From contig NW_024704743.1 of the NCBI RefSeq assembly GCF_018977255.1, positions 48,424,001 through 48,488,000 of the forward strand: a DNA stretch of 64,000 nt, read 5' to 3'. Each line of letters begins with the position of its first letter. Within the stretch, counting starts at the first letter, position 1. This document shows, piece after piece, positions 25,667-37,170 of the stretch. A model generated the notes under the pieces. That model saw nothing but the letters and a program-made list of their open reading frames with translations, was not told the DNA's origin and made no database searches. The position numbers and the translations under genes were made by a program. This DNA comes from Callorhinchus milii (lineage: Eukaryota).

Positions 25667-27470
25667 GAATCGAATATAATCTGAATTAAAATAGTTGTGA
25701 AGTTCTGCTGCACAAACTGTGATATGTTTCGGTAGCCTGGATATGTTCACGTGTATAAAATTCAATAGATGATGATAACTGTAAAACTACATAAAACAGG
25801 GAAAAAACTAAATTGTACTTTTTCATTGTTTTTCCACACAATGTTGAGTATTCCAATTATGCCTCACACTTTAACAAAGGAAGTTAGGGACATTGCAGAT
25901 TCAAAATAGAGGATGTAAAGTAACTACAACAAAGATTAGCCCAATCCAGTCTCGAACATTTTCAAATTTCTTAGTTCAGTGCTGCTGTCATTTTATAATA
26001 ATGTTGAACTTTGTCTCTTTTAAAGAAGATGAAAGAGTGGCACATTAGAATGACCCAGCTCTTAAATCATGCAAAGTGCCCTTTACACGCAGACAGTTGT
26101 GTGCGTTTCTTACTTTCATTGTGAGACAAGACTAGGACATCCTAACTCACTTCTCCCTTATCTCTATTGTAGTTAATGGCGTCACAGACTGTGTCCGTTC
26201 TCTGTGAAAGGCCCAATGTTATCGAAGTGCAAGGTTTTGCTTTTGTAACTCAGATGCTATCAGCCACAATAATCTTAGCCCTGTGAGGCAGAGCTGCAAT
26301 ACGATCACAGTTCACCCAGCAGTAACCTCAACTCCTTGCTGTAAGTGTTAGGAAGATCTTGGGTGATTGCTCATGTATCATCTTGCAGTATAACATTTGT
26401 ATTGGGCTTACTCCCCAATAATAACACTGGGAGTCCAGCTACCTCTACCTCCTCTTTTCTTTCCCCCGACTTATATATATTTTCTTATACGTAGTTACAA
26501 TGACTTAATTACCAGGTTAACTTTATCCCTGAGTCCCTTTATCCTGAGACCCTTTATCTTGGAGTCTTCCCTTGATGTACGACTCTGCCAAATTTCAATT
26601 CACAGTCAAAGCCGGGAAGAGCAGAGTTTTGTAAATCACATGCTGTTGAGGTGTGGAGAAAAGCAGCTTATCTATTAACATGGATGTTTTTCTCAGCAGG
26701 GAAAGTCAATCCACCTCCTCCTCTCGGCAGTAAGCTAAGAGCTCAGAGACACGCTAGTGAGATCAGTTTTGCAGATCATGGTTCCCAAATGAATAACATA
26801 AAAAAAAGCGAAAACATAAAAGTACAGAAATAACAGTGATGCATTTATGCACACATTTGCAAATGGACCAGAACATTTATGCATTGCATGAAGTGGTTTG
26901 CTTTTTACTGAAATTTCTTTATCCTATGGTCATTCTCTGGATGCTCTGGTGTAACCCATTGTCTCTGTTGAACATCTTTTTTCTTGTTCTGTTTATCAAC
27001 TGTAGTTTGTGTCGCATTTTTTCCCTGTACAATTTTTTGATACGGTTACCATTTCTCTAAGGGCTCAACATTTCAGAGTCCTGCACTTGATATGTCATTT
27101 TTAACATAGATTGACTCCATTATAATGGCCACATTCCAGGAAATTTGTATCCGTCTCAAGATGTCAGAAGGTGAGTAAATTTCTTCCATGTGGTAAGCAA
27201 ATGTGTTATGTTCAGTGGTAAATACAATGGGATTTATTCAGCATTCACAAGGGCTACATGTGTACTACCACAGATGCATCCCTATTAATGAAAGATTATT
27301 ATAGTACAGAAATAGGCCTTTCAGCCTATCAGGTTTGTACTTGCGTTTTTATCCTTGTGAATAATAACCTAATCTAATCCTACTATCCTGATCACTCCAG
27401 ATATCCTTTGGTATTCTGTTTGTTCAAGTATCATGTAGTCACTTTTTAAATAGAGTTATGGACTTGCTTT

Positions 27471-27718
27471 AATGATAATAATTCTTGCATTTGATATAGC
27501 ACCTTATTACATCTTCAAGACATCTCAAAGCATTTCACAGAATATACTGTAAAATGCAGTGACTGTGTATTTTGTGGGCAAAATGCGGCAGCCAATTATG
27601 CGCAGCAGTGTCCCACAAACAGTCATGGAATGAGTGACCAAATCATTTTTATTTATTTTTAAAGGGATTATTATCCCCCAGTAAGTGATACGCCAATTGA
27701 CTAACAATCGGGTTCCTG
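27471..27718 (-). mobile_element. Same young SINE family, 5'-truncated
   Basis: Colinear with 57321-57545. Confidence 0.85.
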
Positions 27719-28034
27719 AAAAACCCAGTTTGAGACAGAAAATTGCATATTATAACCACCTTGTTTATTTTGTAGTATGAAAAAGAACAAAGAGGCTTGT
27801 TTGACGCAGAAAAGAATCCCTAATGAGCAGTCAAGTTTTGCAAGAAACTTTTCTTACTCCATTGTTGCATTTGCCCACAATAAAACTGAGGCATTAGCAA
27901 AATTTCTATTGCCAAATTTACCCTTCCAATGGGATGGAGTTTTAAACAATATGTAATAAATGATATAACATTTAAGAACTTGAACCCTATTTAGCTCATG
28001 TATTCTGACAGTAGCCAGAGAAAAAAAACAAGAA

Positions 28035-28310
28035 CACTTGCGTAGTGCCTTTGATGCAGGAAAGCATTTCAAAGCACTTCACAGAGACAGATTAGAAACA
28101 CAACAAGGGTGGGAGATAGCAGATTAGAGGGAGATGACTGAAGATGCAGTTAAAGTATATTTTTACAAGGGTTTTTGAAGCAGAGGGAAGAATGAGTGGG
28201 AGAGAATTGAGAGTTCCAAAGCAAGGACAAAGTGGTTGAAAGCTTGTCCACTGATGCTGGATGGAGAGGGTGGGGAGCAAAACTGAGAGGGAATGAGCAG
28301 AGTAGCAAGA
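28035..28310 (-). mobile_element. Degraded L2 3' fragment
   Basis: gagagttccaaagcaagg...; the minus-strand translation (LSTTLSLLWNS) resembles the L2 C-terminus seen at 31900-32100. Confidence 0.55.
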
Positions 28311-29160
28311 CCACAGGAAAATAACGTTTTTGTGTCATTACTCACCAGGGAATGGATAAATAGATTGCAACAGGTACCAATGCACCCATCAAAAAGTTTA
28401 GTATAGAACAATCAAACATGCAGCAAAACTTGAGTTTGGGTAAATATTTCACCAATTTCTGCTATTGCTCAATAATTATACTGCCAAACCCTTACAAACT
28501 GTGAGTATTTCATCCTTAAAACATTCATGAAATGCTTCCTGGAATAACAGTCAGCAAAACCAATCTGCACCCAATTGTGCTATCCAGCTCAACAGAGAGT
28601 TTTGGTGATAAAATAAGACCCAAATCTCAAGCCGTTTTATTCCAAGTGCACTCTAATGCAGGTTATGAGGCACCCGACCAAAAATATATTCAGCTAAAAT
28701 TAATTATGATCTACTTTAATACCTTTTTTTTGTATGTTTGTAAATTGTTTCTTGGGGGAGGGTAAAAGTCACTGTTTAATAATTACTGTATAATAATAAC
28801 AATAATAACTAACAAGTAACTGACACCGAGGACTTAGTGAAGCTAATGGTGTGAGTAGTCTGAGTTCAGATAAGCAGAGATGCAATCATTTATCCAGGAA
28901 ATGCTTCAACAATCACGTTATTCCTTCTCCTTGTCTCTGTCACAAGATCAGGCTCAGCAACTCTTCCATATGGCCTCCCAATTATACCATCAGCAATGGA
29001 CTGCAAAAAAAACTTCAATTCATCCAGATAAATAAACCGGCAAAAATCTGACATATACTGAAGCCCTAATAATTGCACGTTTTAAAAGCCAGTCTGGATG
29101 GTGAAAGACTCTACACAAGTGTACAATTGTAATTGTTCATAACAATCCTTGCATTTGATT

Positions 29161-29520
29161 ATAGTGCCTTCCACATTGGGAGGACGTCTCAAAGTGCTGC
29201 ACAGGTTACACTATATATTAAATTTGTGCACAGCAATGTCCCAGAAACAGTCATGAAATGCTCAATTATATCTGGGAGATTGTTGGTCAGGGTACCAAGA
29301 GGAAAAAAACTTAAAGTAATGTCACAGGATCTTTAACGTGGATCCGTACCAGCAGACAAGACCTCAGTTTAATATTTTGTCTGAAGTCGGGACTTCCAAC
29401 AATGCAGTGCTCCCAATTTTGTGTTGGAATATCAGCCTAGACTGAGTTCAATGTTCTGATGTGGGGCTTGAACCCACAACCTTCTAACTCAGAGGTGGAA
29501 TTACTACTAACTGAGCAATG
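29161..29520 (-). mobile_element. Older Deu-domain SINE (SacSINE1-like), near full length
   Basis: Minus-strand head gctcagttagtagtaattccacctctgagttagaaggttgtgggttcaagcccc; Deu body; tail aatgcaaggattgtt. Confidence 0.8.
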
Positions 29521-31097
29521 CGGACACCAAATAGAAGAGACTTCGGAACAAATAGTCTTTCCAAGTATTTAGTTAATTTCCTTTCAATTGTTGTTAGAGA
29601 CTTGGCTTTGATAGCCTTTGATGATTCTACAATCAATGAAGTAAAATCAAATATAAATATGAGAAACATCTTCCCAGAGCATGAAGTTATGGTGATGCAG
29701 TAGGAACACATTTGAGGAATGCACAGGTTCAAAAACTTGAACGTTCTAGGGTTTAATTACGTTTTTTTAAACTATGTGGAAAGTTTAATGCATTTTGTTT
29801 TGACAAATCACATTATTCTTCAACTGACAAGAGCACCAGCTGATTCCACTGTGCTCAATTAAGCTGCGAGCTAGGAGACGATGCATATTCTAATCTATCC
29901 TGCGGTGAAATATCATTTGACTGTGTTGCATTAGTGCATTCAGTGACTAAGCCACCCTGCAAGCACAACAAGAAACTCACATTTTGGTCATGTCTCCAAA
30001 AATCTCATACTGGCTTGTCATTAGGTGCATAGCCCCCTGAGGAGTAAAAAAAAACCCCTCAGGAATTGTGTTGTGCAAGATGATTCACTTTATGTGTCTA
30101 TGGCCCTGTAATCACTAGTGCTACAGGCAAAAGAATACCAGGTCCTCATTGATGTGCTGGCAATAAAGTGATTCAGCCATTCGAAATTTGAACTGCTTTA
30201 TCTTCACTTAGGTGTTTGCATGCAAGTGGTTTTAGCCTTTGCAGTTTTATTAATCAGATCAAACAAACATCAGGTAGGAAGGAGGCAATCTGGTGACAAA
30301 GAATAGAAAGGAGTTTATGGCAGCAAATTGATGACAGGAGGAAGTCAAAGTGCTCTGAAATGGCACATATTCAGATAACAGCCCCTCACACACATGCAAC
30401 AGGAAATGGAAAAGATATATCATGCCTGTTGGGCCATGCCTGCCAGCACAGCTGTCTTTAAATCTCTATAGTCCTCTCCATATAGTGCTCCCCACATTCC
30501 ATTGGTGTGAAAATGACGTGAGGTGCATGAGAAGGAAGCCTGCTGGAGCCCACCATGAGATCCACCAATGCCATCTGCTGGCTGGAAAAAAANTCTCTTG
30601 TGATGTACACAGCATCTTGGTCTTCAGCTGGACTTATTCTGGAGAATAGAGATCAGTTGCTTCCTGGGTCTGGAATGTCGATCATTCAGGCAATTAAACA
30701 ATTGGACCAATGGGACAACTGAAACACTCAGTGTTGGCTGGGATTTCAGGACAGGAAGGATACTAGCAAAAAAACAGCAAAATTAAGACTCAATTATATT
30801 TTCTTCCAACACTCCAAAGAATCTATTTCCAGAAACTACCAACTCTCTGGCTTTTTTTGAATTATGTTCTAAAGAGGTGGGTGCCATGTTGAACCAGGAT
30901 TGCTTGGCACTCCATCATTTTCCTGTCAGCTGGTGTCAGTTTTTTAAGTCTTAAATAGGTCTAGGAAAGAAGCACCCCAACACCATGAAGAAATTTAAAT
31001 TTTCATGGCACCTAATAATGCAGCAACATCTCACACTTGATTAATTATCGTCAAATGTAAGTGACTATTTTTGCAGCAAATGTATTGGCCATTTTGC

Positions 31098-31503
31098 ATA
31101 ATAATCCTTGCATTTAATACAGTGCTTTTCACATCTTCGAGTCTCAAAGCGCTTCACAGAATACACTGTAAAGTGAATTGACTGTATATTTATAGGCGAA
31201 ACTCGGCAGCCAATTGCGCACAGCAGTGTACCATGCAACAAGGTCCCACGAACGGCTGCGAGATAAATGATCAATCTGGAGAACTTTTTTCCAGAACACC
31301 AGGGAAAACCCCTCCTGATTTTGAATAATTTGATGTGATCTTTAACATCCATCTGAAATGACAGACTGGACCTAATTTTGCCATCTTATCTGAAAGACAA
31401 CATATTACCTTTGACAGACAATACAGCACTCTCCCAGTGGAGTTAACCTGCACTATAAGATCAATACATGAGGTTTGAACACATGACTTCCCGACTCAGA
31501 GGT
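31098..31503 (-). mobile_element. Deu-domain SINE
   Basis: Tail and ggcagccaattgcgcacagca body; degraded head ctctgagtcgggaagtcatgtgttcaaacc. Confidence 0.8.
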
Positions 31504-31794
31504 ATCCAAGGTGACATCCTATTAATGGGGTTTGCTGGAGCATCAGTTTACCAAACAACCAAACTTGTTTTTCCACCCAAATATGATCTTTTAAGATATT
31601 AATCTATTATTGTACTCTGACAAACACAGATTACCTCCAATGTGAAAGCATATGAAGCAATATGAAGTGCCTTCAATGTACTTGTGGACTGTTATGAACC
31701 CTTGTTACATTGTCTCATGGAAGTAAATTCTACCAAAGCCAGTGATTTGAAATGTTGGCTAGTCAGGCTGTTAACTGCCTGTCCTCAGTACTAC

Positions 31795-32392
31795 ACCAAC
31801 AACTACAACACAATTACATTTGTAAAGCGCCTTTCATGTCGGGAAGACACGTCAATGGACAATCAATGTTTCAGACTCGAGCTTTGGGTCAGGATCGGGG
31901 AGGGTGGAGGGCAGAGGAGGGAAAGAAGGGTGACCGAAGGCACGGTCGAAGAGGAGGGTCGTGAGATGGGTCTCTAAGGAGGCAAGGGAGTGGGTGAGGC
32001 GGAGGGACTGCAGGATGGAGTTCCAGAGGGTGGGGGCAGAGTGGCAGAAGGTCCGCTGCCAATGGTGGGGCGGGAGAGGTGGGGGAAGTGAAGCAGGCTG
32101 GCGCCCGATTAGCAGTTGGAGCAGGCAAGTTGGTAGCAGGTTAGGAGAGGCAGAGGTAGGGGGCAGCAAGGCCATGGAGGACTTGAAGATAAGGAAGGAC
32201 CAGGATCTTGAACTGTATCCTCTGTGTGATGGGAAGCCAATGGAGTTGGGCAAAGATGGGGGTGATAGGGTCATGGAGCCTGGTGTGGGAGAGGACATGG
32301 GCTGCAGAGTTCTGGATGAACTGCAGCCTATGTAGAGAAATGTTGGGGAGGCTGACAAGCAGGGAGCTTGTGTAGTTGAGCCTGGTTGTTAT
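31795..32392 (-). mobile_element. L2 LINE 3' part (ORF2 C-terminus plus tail)
   Basis: Translations RLQFIQNSAAHVL, PITPIFAQLHWLPITQRIQFKILVL, HGLAAPYL and FCHSAPTLWNS are typical of the L2 ORF2 C-terminus. Confidence 0.9.
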
Positions 32393-32496
32393 GAACAAAA
32401 CGCAAAATACTGCAGATGCTGGAAATCTGAAAACAAAAACAGAAGTCTCTAGGAACACTCAGCAGGTCAGGCAGCATCTATGGAAAAAGGAAAGTG

Positions 32497-32533
32497 AGTC
32501 AACATTTCAGGTCCACGACCCTTCGACAGAACT
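32497..32533 (-). ncRNA. Degenerate hammerhead motif, probably inactive
   Basis: 5'-AGUU CUGUCGA A GGGUC GUG GACCU GAAAU GUU GACU-3': core A6 is replaced by U, and there are two CpG-type C>U changes. Confidence 0.6.
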
Positions 32534-32869
32534 GGGGCATGTTGGGAGGGAGAGGCTTTTAAGGACTAACAGAAAAGGGGGAGGCAGGACAAGGAAGAGA
32601 AAGGAGAAAATCGGGTAGAGAGCAGGGGATAATGGGTTAAATAGATGTTAATGATGCAAAATAAAGGGGGGCATTGCAACAAAGCAGGGGAATAGAGGTA
32701 CTAATTCTGCAGAACAAAGGTGGGGACAGATTGCAACAAAATAGACAGACCAGCGAGAGGAAAGGTGTACAAAACACAAAATACTGCAGGTGCTTGAATC
32801 TGAAACAAAAATAGAGAGAGCTGGGAAAACTCAGCAGGTCAGGCAGCATCTATGGAGAAAGGAAAGGGA

Positions 32870-32904
32870 GTCAACGTTTCGGGTCCACGACCCTTCGTCA
32901 GAAC
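32870..32904 (-). ncRNA. Minimal type I hammerhead ribozyme motif with intact core
   Basis: 5'-GUU CUGACGA A GGGUC GUG GACCC GAAAC GUU GAC-3': core CUGANGA/GAAA, 5-bp stem II, loopless palindromic stem III (ACGU), 3-bp stem I. Confidence 0.75.
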
Positions 32905-32919
32905 AGAGAAAAGGTGTGT

Positions 32920-33195
32920 CTGGGGAAGGAGTAGTGGTCAGAAGGGCAGAGGCAGCTGAGTGGATCCCCTGGACTTTGGTTTCGAAGAAGTGCAGTATCT
33001 CCTCGCAGGTGGCATTGGAGGTGAGGATGGGTGAGTCACGAGAGGGTGGGTGATGGAGAAGAGGAGCCTGGGGTTGTCCTTGGCCTCCAACGACAACAAG
33101 ATTACATTTGTATAGCGCCTTTCACATCGGGAGGACGGCCTCCAAGATTATCTTGGAGTAGAAGGACGATTTAGAGGAGGTGAGGGCGGAACAGT
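32920..33195 (-). mobile_element. L2 ORF2 linker fragment containing a nested 46-bp L2-tail insertion (33091-33136)
   Basis: Minus-strand translation ...SSFYSKIILEA/KDNPRLLFSIT...CEEILHFFETKVQGI; duplication ggcctccaa at 33082-33090 and 33137-33145. Confidence 0.8.
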
Positions 33196-34249
33196 AAAAT
33201 TTGATAAGTCCTGCCAGGTCTGCCGATGGAGTGTTAAGTGGATGTGCGCCAGGTGCATTCAGCGGCATGCACCTGAGCCTTACTACTGTAAATAGAAACG
33301 CTGGGTGAAGAATGCAATGTTTTAGAACAGATTTGATGGGATAATAATGAAATCAGGGGTAGATATTCCAGCTGGGTCTAGATTTTCTCTATTTGCTTAG
33401 CAATTCAGATCATCCAAAAGTTGGTAAATTCTTAAATACCATCTTAATTTTGAAGCTGATTTTTTTGTAAGTTCTTTTAATTGCTGGAAAACAGCATCAA
33501 CGTTAAGACTGAATCAATAGTTTGTTTAATTCTGGACTTAGGTGAAATTTCTCCCCACATATCTGTTTGGAGATGTTACATTTTTGACCACATTACTTTT
33601 TTTTTTAAAAAATTCACTGCTGCTGCAGGAGCTGCAGATATTCATTAAAAAGCTCCCTCTCGGAAAAAATAGTCTTCTGTACAGGCAAACATACTGTGCT
33701 TCAACAGTCTGTGAGCCTGACCTCAAAGTGACCTTGAGCTTCACTGCAAAGATTGTGCCCCTGAGATTGACTGGACCTAGAAACAGAATTGTGTTTTCTT
33801 TTCTTTTTCATCAATTTGTAAAACATGTTCCACTGGTACGTTATGGCCTGATGCAACATCAGTGCTCGGATTTTCACTGTAAGTGGTAGTAATTTCATTA
33901 TAACAGGAAGACTATTTCATTCAGTTACATGGTAAGTGAATTGGAGATTCCAAATTCTTTCCCACAAATGGCATCTGCCACATCAGAAACCATGTGCTGT
34001 TCCCACTGTGCATATTTACAGGAAGCTCAGTGATGTATTAAATGTAACTGGGGAAACAATTCCAATGTAAATATTTCACATAAGATGATCTTCTTACTCA
34101 AATTTAATTATGAAACTGGAGAATTAAAGAATAAACAAAATGAGTTAAAAACAAAATCAGCAGCAACATTTTAGGAAGAAAATACAAAGAGATGCAAGGG
34201 AAGAACAGCAATAGTTATGCCTCAATACTACCTATGGAATGTAAAATCC

Positions 34250-34590
34250 TAAATAAACATTGCATTTGATATAGCATCCTTCACACCGGGAGAAAGATCA
34301 AAGATATTATTATAAATATTAAAAGATCAAAGTGCTTCATATGATTTTCTGTGAAGTGTAGTGACTACTTTGTAGGCAAACACAGCAGCCAATTTGCACA
34401 AAACATTTTCCCACAAACAGCAATTAAATTAATGACCAATTTAATCAGAGGTTTATTTTTTAATGCAGTAATAATAATTATTACATTCACTTTAGTGTCT
34501 TTCACGTCAGAAGGACATCTCAAAGCGCTTCACAGGATATACTGTAAAGTGGTGTGACTGTATTGTGGGCAAATGTGCCTACAATGTCTC
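34250..34590 (-). mobile_element. Two adjacent degraded SINE 3' fragments
   Basis: ttgcatttgatatagc...cagcagccaatttgcaca; second tail ctttcacgtcagaaggacatctcaaagcgcttcacag. Confidence 0.7.
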
Positions 34591-36889
34591 ATGCATAAAC
34601 ATCAATGTTCAGTCTAAATGGAGGAATGATTTTTTTCCACAGAGAGAAAAGAAAATAAGATTGTGCCACATGTTGATCTGTTTCCAAGTAACTGTCATTA
34701 AAAGGTACCCAGCAGCAGGTTATTCACATCTCCATGAGTAAATGTCATTGTGGTCTACAGTAACCTAAAGAGAAAAGCAAGAACAAATAGATTTTAAATC
34801 AGATGAAACAAATAGGAAATAAAATGGAATTAAAAAAGATCTAAAATAATAAAACAGTGGAGAAAATATTCATCCAAACTGCCTAGCTCTCCAAACTATT
34901 TCAACTCTCCCAGCGTGTTTGTGAACAATTAATTATATTGTAAATCAATTTCCATGTTTAATTGCTTTAAATTGTGGCATTTTTAAATGGATTAAGGAAT
35001 CCCATTAGAATTTCCATCAATCCATAGGACCTCCACTCCAGAGGTAGATCACTTCAGAGCAGAGTCCCCCACAGACGTGAGCTTTCAGTTATCAGACAAT
35101 TTTGTTTCTCAGCTGGGTGTCTGACACCTGCGGAGACCCATGACCATGCTTAAAAGTGTCCAAACTCTTTCCCTGGAGGGACCCATCCTGCTTACCTAAT
35201 TCTAAAATGTATTAGGAGTAGGTGGGCAAGAGCCAAGGCGTGGTGACCCCAGAGTGTGAATTGGGGTACTCCTGGAGTCGTATCAGCTAAAACCACATAG
35301 CTTGCCATTAATATCGCTGTCTGTCAAGCTTTCCCGCTGCTTTTCCAGCTGGGAACACCCTACATGTTATGGCTTTGGCTTGCAGGGTGAACAGGACCTG
35401 AGAGGGAGGATTCCCTGTCCCCGGTCACTGCTCTGCCCTTCCAAGTCCTGCCAATGTGCCAGGCTGGCTGTGCTGTTATCAGCATTGCCCTGAATACTGC
35501 GGACCCGCTTTACTCGGGAACTGGTCTACCAAGACGGCCACAGAGGGTTGGCTCAATTCTGACATTTCATTGCCAGGCATGTCACCTTGGAGCCAGTTTA
35601 CCTCCGCCCCACCTCCCCCAAGGAGATAGTCAGTTACCAGACAAAATTCCCACTTGAATGAAACAAATATCTGACGAGGGAACCCTGTTAAAGTATTGTT
35701 ATTTAGATCCCATGACAAAAATCATTAGACATAGCAAAAACAGGATGAAATTAAAAAGGAATAAAAAGGTCAAAAGAATAGAATAAGCAGCAGCAAATGG
35801 TCTCAAAGTTCAACCAAGGCTGCCCAAATCCCACACAACTAGAGGTCAAAAGTTAAAAAGTTAGACCCAACTTTAAGTGCAAATATCTATTTCAAAACCA
35901 TGCACAGATTTGGGTTTGGCCTTCCTGTCACCAAGTCAATGTTAGAGCCCAGGAAAGCGGTACCAGATGCTTTAAAATTTTGGGATGACTGAGCAGAGAG
36001 TAAGATGCACACAATTCATCAACGTCAGTGCATTTATCCCAGACTAACATGGCTGACTTAAATGTTGTTTGTTTTTGAAGGGAAATCTGGTTTACTGCAG
36101 ACAGCTGGAACATAAGCCAAGGTTTTAGCATCCATTAAAATAAATCATAAAGAGTGAAGCAGGCCCTTTCCTTTGACAGGTTGACTACAGTAAATGGTTC
36201 TGACCAGATCATGCTTTCAGTGAGAAAAGGTTTAACGGATTCGTCTCAAAAGCCTGTGAACCTTCGTATTGAAACCAGAGCAAAGTCATCTACACAGTTC
36301 TGTTTAAATGTGTTTACACTGGCAAAGTGGAGTCACTTCACAGGCCTCTTATTCACTGCTGTTCACTTCAGGCCAGAGTTCTGCTGCCAGTTCCATAATA
36401 ACAGAGCTCACCAAGAACAAAGAGCCCGGCCTGTGGGAGCCCTATGGAAATGGTCCAGCCAAATCACAGACCATCTCTTTGCATCACCACATATCTGGAG
36501 CTCTCTCCTATCTCACTTTATTTTAACCTTTATCCTCTACTTGCTCATTTTATTTTCCCTCCATTTATCCACATTGTGTTTTCCATTCATCATTGATACG
36601 CGTTGAATATTATTTCAATTTGGTTTCTTTCTGTGAAGGCTCTTTAAATATAGTTCATGTTTTGACTATTCGTGTACAGTGCTTTTCCCTTTTTCGTTTA
36701 CTGAATCAACTTTATACTTTTCACCCTCACCTTGTAACTGCTGCTTTGGTTGACTTGTTCAGTCACCAAAAGCAAACACAGTATTATAGCTCTGGGCAAC
36801 GAATGCAGTGTACGGAGCATTAACTACAACACTTATTCTTCACTGGTAAATCTACCGACTTTGATTCAATCTATTGCAAAAATAAAAAC

Positions 36890-37170
36890 GCAACACAGAA
36901 AACCATTTGGCCCATTTAATCTGTGCTGGTTTTTAAACACAATCCCTAATCTAAACCCACTGTCCTGCTTTCTACCCATATCCTTCAATATTCCTTCTCT
37001 TCAAGCAACTCTCTCATTTCCTTTTCAAAGAATCAGTGAATTCTGCTTCAACTATAGTTTGTAGCAGAGAATTCCACATTCCAGACACAATCTGTGTTAT
37101 GTTTCTAATGTGCCCTTTATTCTTTCTGTGATGATCTTAAAAGTTGTGCCCTCATTTCTGACTCACTGCC
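36890..37170 (-). mobile_element. Old CR1 3' end; similar piece at ~27300-27470
   Basis: acacagaaaaccatttggcccatt..., ggcagagaattccacatt-like segment, gttgtgccctc; reverse of a CR1 3' region. Confidence 0.5.

Larger units (their letters stand above)
32394..32904 (-). mobile_element. Penelope-like retroelement end with two direct ~135-bp terminal-repeat units (32394-32533, 32769-32904), nested in L2
   Basis: Both units read acaaaac.caaaatactgcag.tgct...ctcagcaggtcaggcagcatctatgga...gtcaac.tttc.ggtccacgacccttcg.cagaac on the + strand, and each contains a hammerhead-like motif. Confidence 0.8.

Noticed and set aside
30593..30593. Single N bases at the ends of A-runs (30593, 38552)
   Set aside because: Homopolymer ambiguity in the assembly, not biology
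31852..32358. 168-aa Pro/Ser-rich ORF and overlapping ORFs
   Set aside because: Frameshifted or alternative frames of the L2 element
36154..36606. 150-aa ORF (similarly 9266-9694, 33542-33889, 43635-43985)
   Set aside because: No recognisable domain, mostly non-ATG starts and no coherent splice signals; expected by chance in 64 kb
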